From the NCBI GenBank assembly GCA_049697115.1, contig JBAVVD010000048.1:18151-82150 (forward strand): 64,000 bases of DNA, in the 5' to 3' direction. The DNA is from Candidatus Aminicenantales bacterium (GTDB lineage: Bacteria; Acidobacteriota; Aminicenantia; Aminicenantales; UBA4085). The position numbers were made by a program, and so were the translations under genes. The notes under the pieces were generated by a model, which worked only from the letters and a program-made list of their open reading frames with translations, ran no database searches and was not told where the DNA came from. Each line of letters starts with the position of its first letter. Within the stretch, counting starts at the first letter, position 1. Shown piece by piece: positions 46,813-57,768 of this stretch.

Positions 46813-48552
46813 CTATTTCCTGCGCAGGCCTTTTTCAATCTGGGCTTTTGTCACCTTGATGAGTACGGGCCGGCCGTGGGGGCAGAGAGAGGGATTGGAC
46901 GTCCGGAAAAGCCTCTCAACGAGATATTCCATCTTTTCCGGGGAAAGCGGCTGGCCCGCCTTGACCGCCGTCTGACAAGCCATGGTGGCCAGGAGTTTTT
47001 CCTTTTTCTCTGAGACTCTCCCTTCCCGGACTTCTTCAAGAAGGGCGAGAAAAACCGCCTGCGCTTCTTCCGGTTTGAAGAGGTCGGGAAACTCCTTTAC
47101 AGAAAAACTTCTTCCGCCCATGGCTTCGATCCTGAATCCCACCTCTTCCAAAAATTTCTGATTGTTTTCAAGGCTCAAAACCTGGGACGGAGACAACTCA
47201 ATGAGAAGCGGCACCAGGCTCATGGCTTGTGGCCACTTTTTCTGACTGTCAATCTCTAAATACTGTTCAAACAGGACCCGCTCATGCGCATTGTGCTGGT
47301 CGATAATCAAAAGGCCGTCCTTATCCTCAGTCACAATGTAGGATTCCAGATATTGTCCAAGAACACGCGGGAAGATTTTTCCCCGGCTGGAAAGAGCGCT
47401 GGAGATATCCGGCTCAAAAAGCGTCCGCCCCTCGGCTACGAAAATGGGCATTTTATGGGACAGATCCCTCTGGGAAGGAGCTGTCATTGGGGGAATCGAA
47501 GACGCATAGATCTCTTTGATCCCCGTCTCATGAAGCACGGCTTTATCTATGCTCCTTAATACAAGGCGAAAAACTGCCTGGGAATCGCGAAAGCGCACTT
47601 CCGCCTTTGCCGGATGGACATTGACATCAACTTCCGAGGGGGGAAGAGTTAAAAAAAGAAACGCTTCGGCAAAAGAGTCTTTTTCCAAGAGCCGCCGAAA
47701 GGCCTGGTTCAGGGCAGAGTGAAGAATTCGATCTTTAACCGGCCGTTTATTGACAAAAAATGTCTGGTTCGCCCGCGTCCGTCTTCCGGAAGGCGGACGG
47801 GAAGAAAAGCCAAAGATGCGGATGCCGCTCTCCTCATGGTCAATTTCCATGAGTTTCTCAAGGAACGCTTTTCCATAGAGCTGAAAGATTCTTTCCCGAA
47901 GGCCTGCAACGGGCGGGCAGTTAAGGCTCTCTTTTTGGCCGTGGTGAAGGGTCAATCGTAATTCCGGATAGGCCAGGGCGACGAGGGTCAAATATTTCAC
48001 AATCAGCCCGAGTTCGGCCTGGTCGCTGCGCAGGAATTTTTTCCTTGCCGGAAAGTTAAAAAACAGATTTTGCACTTCCACGCTTGTGCCGCGGGGAAAA
48101 GCGATGTCCCGTATCGCCAGAAGTCGATCGCCTTCTCGTTCGACCTGAACGGCCTTGTCCTCCAGGCCGTCGGATGTCTTCAGGGTCAGGAGGGAAACAG
48201 CGGAGATGCTGGAGAGCGCCTCCCCGCGGAAGCCCAGAGTGGCAATGCGAAAGAGGTCTTCCACCTTGGAAATTTTGCTCGTGGAGTGCCTTTCAAAACA
48301 AAGGAGGGCATCGTCCCGGCTCATTCCCATGCCGTTGTCCTGAACTCTGATTCGATTTTTCCCGCCCGCCTCAAGCTCCACCCGTATCTCTGAAGCTCCG
48401 GCATCGATAGAATTCTCCCCAAGTTCTTTGACCACAGAGACGGGCCTCTCTACGATCTCGCCCGCGGCAATCTTCCGGGAAATTTCAGGAGGCAGGACTT
48501 TAATACGTTTCATGAAGGATTGTCGCGCTAACAGAATATTTGAATCGGCCAA
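46813..48552 (-). CDS. mutL: DNA mismatch repair protein MutL
   Basis: The GHKL ATPase N-terminus (VKELGENSIDAGA...DNGMGM) is present in a 579-aa product. Confidence 0.9.
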   Translation of the reverse strand: MADSNILLARQSFMKRIKVLPPEISRKIAAGEIVERPVSVVKELGENSIDAGASEIRVELEAGGKNRIRVQDNGMGMSRDDALLCFERHSTSKISKVEDLFRIATLGFRGEALSSISAVSLLTLKTSDGLEDKAVQVEREGDRLLAIRDIAFPRGTSVEVQNLFFNFPARKKFLRSDQAELGLIVKYLTLVALAYPELRLTLHHGQKESLNCPPVAGLRERIFQLYGKAFLEKLMEIDHEESGIRIFGFSSRPPSGRRTRANQTFFVNKRPVKDRILHSALNQAFRRLLEKDSFAEAFLFLTLPPSEVDVNVHPAKAEVRFRDSQAVFRLVLRSIDKAVLHETGIKEIYASSIPPMTAPSQRDLSHKMPIFVAEGRTLFEPDISSALSSRGKIFPRVLGQYLESYIVTEDKDGLLIIDQHNAHERVLFEQYLEIDSQKKWPQAMSLVPLLIELSPSQVLSLENNQKFLEEVGFRIEAMGGRSFSVKEFPDLFKPEEAQAVFLALLEEVREGRVSEKKEKLLATMACQTAVKAGQPLSPEKMEYLVERLFRTSNPSLCPHGRPVLIKVTKAQIEKGLRRK

Positions 48553-48607
48553 ACAGTCTCCCTCTCGGGAGAATGAAATTCCGCTGCAGCCCTGTCATTG
48601 ACGGCCT

Positions 48608-49855
48608 TCAGAGAGAGATGATCTCCCCCTCCATATTTTGGTCATTGATCCGGGTGACTCTGACCCTGACCTCTTCTCCTTCTTCCGTAGGGCAGAAGGA
48701 AAGGAGAATTTTCAAATAATTCGGTGTCACTACCTCGGCGGATCCATTCTTTCTTTTGACGACCAGGGCTTCAAGTTCCTCTCCGAGGAACTGCCGGCGA
48801 AAATTCCTGTTTTTCTTCTTTGAGAGTTCCCTCAAGAGGACAGCCCTTTCCCGCTTTCTCTTTTCCTCGACCTGCGGCCAGCTTGAGGCCGGAGTGTGAG
48901 GTCGGGGAGAGTAGGAAAAGACATGCATATAGGTGAGGGGGGATTCCTCAAGAAAGCGGAATGTCTGTTCAAAATCATCCTCGGTCTCACCCGGAAATCC
49001 GACAATAATGTCCGCGCCTAAAGAAGCCCTGGGAGATCCGCTCCGCAAACGGTCAAGAAGCTTTGCATAAACAGACACACGGCTCATCCGGCCCATCAGC
49101 GCCAGAATTCTGTCCGACCCGCTCTGAAGAGAAATGTGAAAATGAGGACATACTTTCCGGGACGTTGTGATATGCGCAATTAAAGGAGAAGACAGCCATC
49201 TGGGATCGAGTGAGCTCAGCCTGATCTTCTTGAGAAAATCAATTTTTTCCAGCTCTACAAGCAGGTCCAGGAAGCTTCTCCTGGGCTTCAAATCACGGCC
49301 ATAGGAGCAAAGATGGATCCCTGTGAGCACGATTTCGTTAAATCCTTCCTCGGCCAGCCTTTTCACCCGGCTGAGGACCTCCTCGCGGGGAAGGCTCTGG
49401 CTTATTCCCCTGACCTGGGGAATGATACAAAAGCGGCATCGGAGATTGCATCCGTCCTGGATCTTCAAGAGCGCGCGGGAGCGAAACGGCCGGACTTCCG
49501 TGGAACCTCCATGGGCAATTTCCGCAAGCACTTTATCAACCAGAAAATTTTTTTCCCGGTTGGGAACAATCTTCCAGATCACCGGCATTTTCCGGAACTC
49601 TGAAATATCTCTCTCCACCAGACATCCTGTGACAACCACCTTCGCCTGAGGATTCAATCGGGCCATTTTTCTGATAAAGCGCCGAGCATCTCTGTCGGCC
49701 CGGCTTGTGAGGGTGCATGTGTTGACCAGAACTATCTGGCTCCTGCGGAAATCCTTTTCCAGCTTCAATCCATGTTTTTGAAATTCGCCGGCCCACTCAA
49801 AGGCCTCGGCCTGGTTGACCCGGCAGCCGAAATTCTGAATAGAAAAAGATGTCAT
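48608..49855 (-). CDS. radical SAM methylthiotransferase (MiaB/RimO/MtaB family)
   Basis: An N-terminal MTTase domain, the radical SAM motif CNLRCRFC and a TRAM-like C-terminus are present in a 415-aa product. Confidence 0.75.
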   Translation of the reverse strand: MTSFSIQNFGCRVNQAEAFEWAGEFQKHGLKLEKDFRRSQIVLVNTCTLTSRADRDARRFIRKMARLNPQAKVVVTGCLVERDISEFRKMPVIWKIVPNREKNFLVDKVLAEIAHGGSTEVRPFRSRALLKIQDGCNLRCRFCIIPQVRGISQSLPREEVLSRVKRLAEEGFNEIVLTGIHLCSYGRDLKPRRSFLDLLVELEKIDFLKKIRLSSLDPRWLSSPLIAHITTSRKVCPHFHISLQSGSDRILALMGRMSRVSVYAKLLDRLRSGSPRASLGADIIVGFPGETEDDFEQTFRFLEESPLTYMHVFSYSPRPHTPASSWPQVEEKRKRERAVLLRELSKKKNRNFRRQFLGEELEALVVKRKNGSAEVVTPNYLKILLSFCPTEEGEEVRVRVTRINDQNMEGEIISL

Positions 49856-50343
49856 TGGATTTTCTGGATCTTGCTGGAATCCGTCTCCACTTGAGAAGCC
49901 ATTATCTTTCGGTATTCCCTGAGCCTCTTTTCCAGTCGGGGCTGTTTTAAACTCAAAATTTGCACGGCCAGGAGAGCTGCGTTCAACGCTCCCGTCTTTC
50001 CGATCCCCATCGCCGCCACGGGCACTCCCTTCGGCATCTGGGATGTGGATAAAAGAGCGTCCAGGCCGCCCAGCCCGCCGCTTTCAACGGGAACTCCGAT
50101 CACCGGTCGGACTGTATGCGAAGCCACGACACCGGCCAAATGGGCCGCTTTCCCGGCAGCGGCGATGAACACTTCCACCCCTTTTTCTTCCGCCGTGCGG
50201 ACCAGCTTCACCGTCCTTTCCGGCGACCGATGGGCAGAGGTAACCTCCAGCGTAAAGGTAACCTTAAATTCCTTGAGGAGCTCCACGGCTTCTTGAACAA
50301 CCTCATAATCCGATTGACTCCCAATAAAAATGGCAACCTCCAT
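49852..50343 (-). CDS. purE: N5-carboxyaminoimidazole ribonucleotide mutase
   Basis: SAHRSPER...AGKAAHLAGVVAS are PurE signatures. Confidence 0.9.
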   Translation of the reverse strand: MEVAIFIGSQSDYEVVQEAVELLKEFKVTFTLEVTSAHRSPERTVKLVRTAEEKGVEVFIAAAGKAAHLAGVVASHTVRPVIGVPVESGGLGGLDALLSTSQMPKGVPVAAMGIGKTGALNAALLAVQILSLKQPRLEKRLREYRKIMASQVETDSSKIQKIQ

Positions 50344-51620
50344 TAATCCTCCTCTTTAGCGGCCCCGATGTCGCGGCGGAAATGCATCCCTTCAAAATAA
50401 AGTCCCAGAATGGCATTGTAGATTTTCTTCATCGTCTCGGCCAGTGTTTTTTCCGCAGCACCAATCCCCAAAACGCGGCCGCCGCTGGTGACATACTTTC
50501 CTTCTTCCAGTCGTGTTCCGGCATGGAAGATGGTAATCCCCGGCGTTTGTGAAACCTCTTCCAGCCCCTTGATGACCTTTCCCTTCTCATGTGTCCCCGG
50601 ATATCCTCCCGAGGCCAAGATGACACATCCGGAAGCTTTTTTACTCCACCGCACATCCTTATCCAGCAGCTTATTCTCCAGGGCGGACAGGAGGATTTCC
50701 ACCAGGTCGCTCTCCATTCTCAAAACCTGAGGTTGTGTCTCGGGGTCGCCGAATCGGCAATTGTATTCGAGGACCTTTGGCCCATCATCGGTCAGCATCA
50801 GGCCGACATAAAGGGCCCCCTGGTAGCTTCTCCCTTCCTCTTTCATCCGGATAATAGTGGGAAAAACAATTGTGTTAACGATCTCTTGGAAGAGCCTCCT
50901 GTCGAGATAGGGAGAAGGTGATATGGCGCCCATTCCGCCGGTGTTGGGACCCCGGTCTCCGTCGAGAACGGCTTTGTGGTCCATCGTAGTTACCAAGGGC
51001 AGGACCTTGGTTCCGTCTGAAATGACGATAAAGGAAACTTCTCTCCCTTCCAGACATTCCTCGATAAGGATCCGGCTTCCCGCCTCACCGAAGTGTTTAT
51101 CGACCATGATCGATTGAACCGCTTCTTCGGCCCGTTTCATTTCCGGGCAGATGATTACTCCTTTGCCCGCAGCCAGGCCGTCGGCCTTGATCACCAGAGG
51201 AAATTTGAATTCTCCTGAATTCAAAATCGTCCGGGCTTTATCCGGAGTCTCCGCCAACTTGAATCGAGCCGTAGGAATTCTGTGGCGTTCCATGAACTGT
51301 TTGGCGAATATCTTGCTTCCTTCGAGTTCGGCCGCCTTTTTGTTGGGACCGAAAATTTTCAGTCCTTTTTTCTCAAACTCATCCACAATGCCCAGTGTCA
51401 GGGGAAGCTCCGGCCCGACCACGGTCAGGCCGATCTCCTTCTCAGCGGCAAAATCAACCAGGCCCTGAACATCAGAATCACTGATGGCCACGTTCTCCGC
51501 AATGCTTCCTGTTCCTGCGTTTCCAGGAGCGCAAAATATCTTTTCAACCAGAGGACTCTGAGCGATTTTCCAGGCCAGAGCATGTTCCCGCCCTCCGGAG
51601 CCGATGACTAATACTTTCAT
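50343..51620 (-). CDS. purD: phosphoribosylamine--glycine ligase
   Basis: MKVLVIGSGGREHALAWK starts an ATP-grasp enzyme. The product is 425 aa. Confidence 0.9.
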   Translation of the reverse strand: MKVLVIGSGGREHALAWKIAQSPLVEKIFCAPGNAGTGSIAENVAISDSDVQGLVDFAAEKEIGLTVVGPELPLTLGIVDEFEKKGLKIFGPNKKAAELEGSKIFAKQFMERHRIPTARFKLAETPDKARTILNSGEFKFPLVIKADGLAAGKGVIICPEMKRAEEAVQSIMVDKHFGEAGSRILIEECLEGREVSFIVISDGTKVLPLVTTMDHKAVLDGDRGPNTGGMGAISPSPYLDRRLFQEIVNTIVFPTIIRMKEEGRSYQGALYVGLMLTDDGPKVLEYNCRFGDPETQPQVLRMESDLVEILLSALENKLLDKDVRWSKKASGCVILASGGYPGTHEKGKVIKGLEEVSQTPGITIFHAGTRLEEGKYVTSGGRVLGIGAAEKTLAETMKKIYNAILGLYFEGMHFRRDIGAAKEED

Positions 51621-51866
51621 CTCAATATCCCTCTCTCTGGATTTCTTCTTTAAGGAGATCTACCGGACAAAACGATTTTCTTCCCCTCTATTATTCCGCA
51701 AAAAAGATTGTCCAGCCGCACTCATTCTGGCAAAAAAATGCGGTTTCGTCAATGAATGGCCAGAATCTCCAAAACCGTGAAAAATATAAGGTCATGTGGC
51801 TTGCCTTTCAGATATCGCGGATCTGGAAAAGCCTCCAATGAATAGGGGAGATAAAGATTATACCAA

Positions 51867-53312
51867 TCAGGCGCGCGCCCTGGAGATAAGGAGGCTATCA
51901 ATGAATCGTTCAATAAAGCCGGAATAGGGAAAAATGCTCTTGAAGACACGGGCCGCCAGCGGGACAGCCTCTTTCGCGGGAAGGCAGTACTGCATCTCCA
52001 GAAAATTTTGACGGAATTTTTTGACCTCTCCTTTCACTTTTTTATTCCTGACGACCACATCGGCGATGAATCCGGCCAGCTGTTCAAAATCCTTTTCCTT
52101 CATTCCGAAACGCGTCATTTCCTGAACCCCCATGCGGATACCGCTGGAATCGAGAAAAGTCTCATCATCGGGCAGAGCCTGATAATTGGCAACAATATTA
52201 TTCTCTTCAAGGCGGCGGGCAATCTCCTGACTCGTGCCGTAGGATTTCACCCGGATAAGAACCTGATGAGTTTCCGTAAATCCGTCCGTCTCGTCCCCTT
52301 CGACGGGAACACTTCGGTCCTTCAGTGCTCTGGCAAAAGCCTTGGCATTAAGCCTGACCTGCTTCTGATAGGGCTCTTTGAATTCATTCATCTCATAGGC
52401 CGCCATGAGCAGTCCGAGCAGAGTCCCCAAATGATGATTACTCGTGGATCCGGGGAACGCTCTTCCTTTGATGTCAATCCACAAATTACGCAGGGGGCTT
52501 GCCGGAGGAAAATTCCCTGCGATCAAACCTCGCTGCGGACCAAAAAAGGTTTTATGTGTGCTTCCCGTAACTATGTCCGCTCCCTCTTTAAGCGGCGCCT
52601 GGAATGCGCCGTAGAGCCCCAGAACATGGGCCATATCGAACATAATCAACGGACGCTCCTTCCACTCTTTGACCAGTTGAAAGACAAAAGCCACAGGCTC
52701 CTGGTAGAGAAACATGCTCTTGCCGAAGACGATCAGCTCCGGTCTGTGCTGCTCGAGAATGGAAGCCAGAGTCTTGAGGTCGGGCTTGTAGGGATTCTCC
52801 TTCAAAACAGGGAAATGGATCACTAGCTCCTTTCCCGTCTTGGGATCTTCCGCGACAAAATTGAACAGAGCTCCCATGGGCTGAGAACTGAGGTGGCCGC
52901 CCTTGGTCAAATCATTATTCATAACAAGCCTCATTTTTCGTATCGGCTGTCCTTCCGGACGGCTGCGGTTGATAAATTTCACGACTCCTTTGAACACCAC
53001 TTCATTGGCCATCTGGCCGCTGATGGGCCTCAACTCAACTTCAGAGCAGCCGAAAAATCGGCCGATCTCGCGCTGAGTCTCGGCTTCCACATCTCTGATG
53101 AAATCAATTCCCTGATAAAAGTAGACTTCTTCGCCCTTCATCACTCTGTGCTCGGCATAGCGCCCCGAGGGATCCGATATTTCACACATCTTAACCAGGA
53201 GCGAAGGGGTTGTCTCCGAAGGAATAAGATTAAAGGATTCCTTTTGCCTCCAAGTGTTATTTTGGCTGATTTTCTCGAATAAAATCTGGGTTTTTTCATA
53301 AAAAGATGTCAT
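51867..53312 (-). CDS. serine hydroxymethyltransferase-family PLP enzyme (divergent, 481 aa)
   Basis: DIVTGSTHKTFFGPQRGLIAG matches the SHMT PLP-lysine block (TTTTHKTLRGPRGG). Confidence 0.55.
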   Translation of the reverse strand: MTSFYEKTQILFEKISQNNTWRQKESFNLIPSETTPSLLVKMCEISDPSGRYAEHRVMKGEEVYFYQGIDFIRDVEAETQREIGRFFGCSEVELRPISGQMANEVVFKGVVKFINRSRPEGQPIRKMRLVMNNDLTKGGHLSSQPMGALFNFVAEDPKTGKELVIHFPVLKENPYKPDLKTLASILEQHRPELIVFGKSMFLYQEPVAFVFQLVKEWKERPLIMFDMAHVLGLYGAFQAPLKEGADIVTGSTHKTFFGPQRGLIAGNFPPASPLRNLWIDIKGRAFPGSTSNHHLGTLLGLLMAAYEMNEFKEPYQKQVRLNAKAFARALKDRSVPVEGDETDGFTETHQVLIRVKSYGTSQEIARRLEENNIVANYQALPDDETFLDSSGIRMGVQEMTRFGMKEKDFEQLAGFIADVVVRNKKVKGEVKKFRQNFLEMQYCLPAKEAVPLAARVFKSIFPYSGFIERFIDSLLISRARA

Positions 53313-53437
53313 GGTTTCTTCTCCTTCTCAATGGAGTGGAAAAATGTCTCCCTTTGGCCTCTTCCCTGTTTTAAGGACGCGCCACGGAGATAATTCAATA
53401 TTGGATGGTCGACAAACAATGAATCCGTCCCGATAAT

Positions 53438-53887
53438 TTATTTAAAATTCTTTTTTTCGATTTCCCTGATTTTATTAATCCTTCCGAGATGCCGGCCCCC
53501 TTCAAAATCCGTTTCTAACCAGATTTTAACTATGGCTGATGCCTCATCCAAGGGGAGGATTCTTCCGCCGAGAGTCAAGCAGTTGGAGTCATTGTGTTTC
53601 CGGCTCATTTCCGCGGTGTATTCATCCCAGCAGGGAGTCGCCCGAATGCCCCGGAACTTGTTGGCGACCATAGCCATGCCCATTCCTGTCCCGCAAAAGA
53701 GAAGGGCCCGGTCAAAAGCCCCTGAGCCGACTTGTTCAACAGCCTTGACTGCAAAGTCCACATAGTCGACAACCTCCTCAGGTCCGCAGCCAAAATCCTG
53801 ATGGGCAATCCCTTGCTGATTGAGAAACTGGATAATCCCTTGCTTCAGCGCAAATCCGGCATGGTCTGAAGCCAGTGCAATTTTCAT
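53438..53887 (-). CDS. rpiB: ribose-5-phosphate isomerase B
   Basis: MKIALASDHAGFALK and the RpiB/LacAB fold are present in a 149-aa product. Confidence 0.85.
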   Translation of the reverse strand: MKIALASDHAGFALKQGIIQFLNQQGIAHQDFGCGPEEVVDYVDFAVKAVEQVGSGAFDRALLFCGTGMGMAMVANKFRGIRATPCWDEYTAEMSRKHNDSNCLTLGGRILPLDEASAIVKIWLETDFEGGRHLGRINKIREIEKKNFK

Positions 53888-54007
53888 TGGGCCTCCTATC
53901 TGGAAAACGGAATAAAAGCGTCCTTTAGAATTTTGGCAGTCCTCATTGAGCGTCTTTCAGGTCAGTCCTGTTTCCGGCCTCGAAAAAATGGCTCTAAGAA
54001 AAAAACA

Positions 54008-55570
54008 TTATTCAATGAATTTCAGCGCCTCCGGCAATACCTCCAGGGCTTTAAGGATGACGGCGTCTGATTTGCGGTAAGCTTTCATACTCTCCTCTTG
54101 TCCCCAGATAGCGGAATAAATTTCTCGCTCAAGTTCCCTTCGAATTTCACTCTCTGCTTCGAGGAATTTTTTCTGGTTAAAAGCGATCTGATTCAGTTTG
54201 AGATATTTTTTAAAGTCTTCGAGCACATTGAAATCGACCTTGAAGCTCTGGCCGATGCGAATCCTGCCCTGAAGCCTTGAGGCATCTCTGGATGCTTCAC
54301 TGGGAAAAATAAAATTTTGAGACAAGTCCGTCTGGTGATTGAAGAATTTCCGGGCATAGGAAAAGAATGCTCCCCGGACCATCAATTCCACGGTATAAGA
54401 GTGGAGATAAAACTTCACAATATAGTCTGGAGTGATTCCGCCCTGTCCCAATACTTTTCGCCCTTTGGCCGTGAATTTGACCTCTCTTTCCTTTTCTGGA
54501 ACTTCACTGTTGAAGATATAGTCATCCAAATGGGTGTAATCGCGCTGGATGGACCTCCCGCTGGGAGTGAAATATTTGGCCGTCGTCAAAGCGACCGCCA
54601 TATTCGGGGCCAGAGGGAAAATTGTCTGGACCAGCCCTTTACCCCAGGAATCTTCCCCCACGACCAAGCCCCGGTCATTGTCCATGATAGCGCCAGCCAC
54701 GATCTCCGAGGCGCTGGCACTTCCTTGGTTGATCAACACAATCAGGGGTAAACGCTCATACTGATTGTTGCGCTCAGCGAAGAATTCTTTCTCATAATTC
54801 CTATTTCGACCTTTGATAGAAACGATTGGCGCCCCTTTGGGAAGGAACTCATCAGAAACCTCGATCGACTGAAAAAGAGGGCCTCCCGTGTTGCCCCTCA
54901 GATCCAGAATGAGACTCTTCATCCCCTGCAAGGTCAGGGCTCTCATTTTCTCTTCGAACTCACTGGCGGTTGTCTCGGCAAAATAGCGGATAAAGATATA
55001 GCCGACTCCATCCTGAATGCGAAACGCATAAGGGACACTGTAAAGCGGTATTTCCTCGCGGACAACGGTCAGCTCGAGAGGCTTATCGAGGCCCTCGCGG
55101 GCAATGGTGATGTTGACCTTTGTCCCTTTGGGCCCTCTCAATTTTTGAACGGCCTCCCTGTCCGTAATGGGTTTTGTGCTCTCCCCATTGATATGGGTAA
55201 TGATATCTCCCGCTTGAATTCCCAGCCTCCAGGCGGGCGTCCCCTCTATAGGAGAGATGACCATCAACCGGTCATTCTGCTTCTGGATCTGAATGCCCAG
55301 GCCGGAATATCTTCCTTTTTGCTCCTCAAACATACGGGAAAAACTATCCGGGTCCAGAAAATAGGAATGGGGATCCAGCGTCTGGAGCATTCCAATGATG
55401 GAGGAGTAGGTCAGTTTTTCAGGTTCCACATTTTCAAAATAATTGTTTTTGATGAGAGTGGATATGGAGGATATTTTTTCCAGGCCCAGATTCCAGACAT
55501 CCTCATCCCTGGCTCCCAGTTGAATAAATGTCAGGATGAGGACAATCACAAGAAATGCTTTTTTAGTCAT
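54008..55570 (-). CDS. S41 carboxyl-terminal processing protease with PDZ domain
   Basis: A signal peptide, a PDZ domain and the catalytic region LILDLRGNTGGP...SASASE are present. Confidence 0.85.
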   Translation of the reverse strand: MTKKAFLVIVLILTFIQLGARDEDVWNLGLEKISSISTLIKNNYFENVEPEKLTYSSIIGMLQTLDPHSYFLDPDSFSRMFEEQKGRYSGLGIQIQKQNDRLMVISPIEGTPAWRLGIQAGDIITHINGESTKPITDREAVQKLRGPKGTKVNITIAREGLDKPLELTVVREEIPLYSVPYAFRIQDGVGYIFIRYFAETTASEFEEKMRALTLQGMKSLILDLRGNTGGPLFQSIEVSDEFLPKGAPIVSIKGRNRNYEKEFFAERNNQYERLPLIVLINQGSASASEIVAGAIMDNDRGLVVGEDSWGKGLVQTIFPLAPNMAVALTTAKYFTPSGRSIQRDYTHLDDYIFNSEVPEKEREVKFTAKGRKVLGQGGITPDYIVKFYLHSYTVELMVRGAFFSYARKFFNHQTDLSQNFIFPSEASRDASRLQGRIRIGQSFKVDFNVLEDFKKYLKLNQIAFNQKKFLEAESEIRRELEREIYSAIWGQEESMKAYRKSDAVILKALEVLPEALKFIE

Positions 55571-55684
55571 GGCATTCCGCCTGCTTTTGATTCTATCAAA
55601 CCCCTTCCCTGCTGTAAAGTTGTAGTTGACTTCGCTCCGTGTAAGGACTATATTTCATCTACTCTCTGATTTCTAGAAGAACCC

Positions 55685-55930
55685 ATGTTCGGAAATATCG
55701 GATTTCCTGAGCTGTTGATCATCTTGGCCATCGCCCTACTTGTATTCGGCCCAAAAAAACTTCCTGAAGTGGGACGTTCGATCGGCAGAGCGATTCGCGA
55801 ATTCCGCAAAACCTCGGATGAAATCAAAGGCCGGTTTGAAGAACAAATCCGGACCGATGAATTCAAAGATATCAAAGAAGAAATCCAGAAGGATATCGAA
55901 GAGAATGAGGAAGGGAAAAAAATCTCCTGA
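55685..55930 (+). CDS. tatA: twin-arginine translocase subunit TatA/E
   Basis: [42 protein letters not shown] is the TatA signature. Confidence 0.85.
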   Translation: MFGNIGFPELLIILAIALLVFGPKKLPEVGRSIGRAIREFRKTSDEIKGRFEEQIRTDEFKDIKEEIQKDIEENEEGKKIS

Positions 55931-55934
55931 CGAG

Positions 55935-56678
55935 ATGACCTTCCTTGAACATCTCGAAGATCTCAGAAAAAGAATATTTTATTCTTTCCTCTCCATTATT
56001 GTGGTTCTCATTCCGGCCTGGTTCGTTAGCAAAGATGTATACAATATATTGGCCCGGCCCCTCACCCAATACCTTCCAGAAGGGACAAAACTGGCCTTCA
56101 CGGGACTGACCTCTCCATTTATGCTCTATATCAAAGTCGCCTTTTTGACAGCCCTGTTTGCCGTTTCGCCGTTTATCTTTTATCAGCTCTGGCTGTTTAT
56201 CGCGCCCGGCCTCCTCCGGAAGGAAAAAAAAGAGGCCATTCCTTTTGTCCTGCTGACAACCGTGTTCTTCAGTGCCGGAGCGATCTTCGGCTATTTCATC
56301 GTCTATCCATGGGCCTGCCGGTTTTTTTTAAAACTGGGTTCAGAGTTCCAGCCGGTGATCACAGTGGACTCATTTTTCAGCCTCACCATTAAGGTCCTTC
56401 TGGGAATCGCTCTTGTTTTTGAGATGCCGACCCTCATCTATTTTCTTTCCAAACTGGGGATTGTCACCTCCCGCTGGATGCTTAAAAACTTCAAGTATGC
56501 CGTGCTTGCCGTATTCGTAATCGCCGCCATCATCACGCCCACGCCCGATATGATTACCCAGAGCATTATTGCCGTCCCTATGCTGGGGCTGTATACCCTC
56601 AGTATTTTAATCGCCTTTCTCTTTGGAAAAGAGAGAAAAACGAGGAAGAAGAAAGCCACGGAGGGTCCGGCGGGCTGA
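55935..56678 (+). CDS. tatC: twin-arginine translocase subunit TatC
   Basis: MTFLEHLEDLRKRIF opens a product with six TM helices. The listed ORF starting at 55740 runs through tatA in another frame, and the ATG at 55935 is the plausible start. Confidence 0.85.
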   Translation: MTFLEHLEDLRKRIFYSFLSIIVVLIPAWFVSKDVYNILARPLTQYLPEGTKLAFTGLTSPFMLYIKVAFLTALFAVSPFIFYQLWLFIAPGLLRKEKKEAIPFVLLTTVFFSAGAIFGYFIVYPWACRFFLKLGSEFQPVITVDSFFSLTIKVLLGIALVFEMPTLIYFLSKLGIVTSRWMLKNFKYAVLAVFVIAAIITPTPDMITQSIIAVPMLGLYTLSILIAFLFGKERKTRKKKATEGPAG

Positions 56679-56710
56679 GCCGGCTCGAAGAAAAGGCGAA
56701 ATTTATTTAA

Positions 56711-57256
56711 ATGACCAGCAAGAATAGAGTCCGGCTGATCGGTCTCACCGGCACCAATGGCGCTGGAAAAGGAGAAGTGGCGGTTTATTTTCAAAAAAAA
56801 GGATACCAGCACTTCTCTCTTTCTGACGAAATCCGTGAAGAACTGAAGAAGGAAGGAAAGGAGCTGAACCGCGACAACCTCATCCAAAAGGGAAACGAGT
56901 TAAGAAACAAATTTGGACCGGATATCCTGGCCCGTCGGGTGATGAAAAAAGTCAAAGGAAAGGCGCTGATCGACAGCCTCCGCAATCCCGATGAAATCGA
57001 GTTTTTAAGGCGGCGCAAGGATTTTATCCTTCTCGCTGTGGATGCCCCTGTGGAGATGAGGTATGAGAGAGTCCGGAAGCGCGGCCGGAACGAGTCGGCC
57101 TCCTCTCTGGAAGAATTCATCAATAAGGAAGAGGAAGAGATGGGGGGAAGCCCGGAAGGGCAGCAGCTTCACCGCTGTATTCAAATGGCCGATACGGTCA
57201 TCATGAATAACGGCACGCTTGAAGAGTTGCACAGGAAACTGGAGGAATGGATATGA
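56711..57256 (+). CDS. P-loop nucleoside/nucleotide kinase-like protein
   Basis: The Walker A motif is LIGLTGTNGAGKGEV. It is translationally coupled to the dCMP deaminase gene, so it may be a dNMP kinase. Confidence 0.45.
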   Translation: MTSKNRVRLIGLTGTNGAGKGEVAVYFQKKGYQHFSLSDEIREELKKEGKELNRDNLIQKGNELRNKFGPDILARRVMKKVKGKALIDSLRNPDEIEFLRRRKDFILLAVDAPVEMRYERVRKRGRNESASSLEEFINKEEEEMGGSPEGQQLHRCIQMADTVIMNNGTLEELHRKLEEWI

Positions 57257-57768
57257 CATCCGGAAGAATTTCCAAGGAAGAATATTACCTCGGCATTGCC
57301 CGAGAAGTGGCGCGCCGAAGCACCTGCTTCCGGCGCTCCATTGGGGCCATCATCGTCCGTGACGACCAGATTATTTCCACCGGATATGTCGGCGCGCCGA
57401 GGAAGACAAAGGACAGTACCGAACACGGCTTCTGCCTGAGAGACAATCTGGGAATTCCCCACGGCCAGCGCTATGAGCTGTGCCGGAGTGTCCATGCCGA
57501 ACAAAACGTCATCATCAATGCCGCCCGGGCCGGCGTCAGCCTCTTGGGCGGCGACATGTACATCTTCGGCAGGCGCGCTGGCGCCAATGAGTCCATCAAC
57601 GCCTTCCCCTGTTTTATCTGTAAAAAAATGATCATCAACGCCGGCCTGAAACGGGTCATCTGCTCGACCGCAGACAACACATTTAAGATTTTTAAAGTGG
57701 CGGATTGGGTCAAGGACTGGCGCGAAGGAGATATTCTGGATGACATGCATCAATACGGAGAAAAATAG
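57247..57768 (+). CDS. dCMP deaminase (ComEB-like)
   Basis: The zinc ligands HAEQNVI and PCFICKKMIINAG are present. Confidence 0.8.
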   Translation: MDMTSGRISKEEYYLGIAREVARRSTCFRRSIGAIIVRDDQIISTGYVGAPRKTKDSTEHGFCLRDNLGIPHGQRYELCRSVHAEQNVIINAARAGVSLLGGDMYIFGRRAGANESINAFPCFICKKMIINAGLKRVICSTADNTFKIFKVADWVKDWREGDILDDMHQYGEK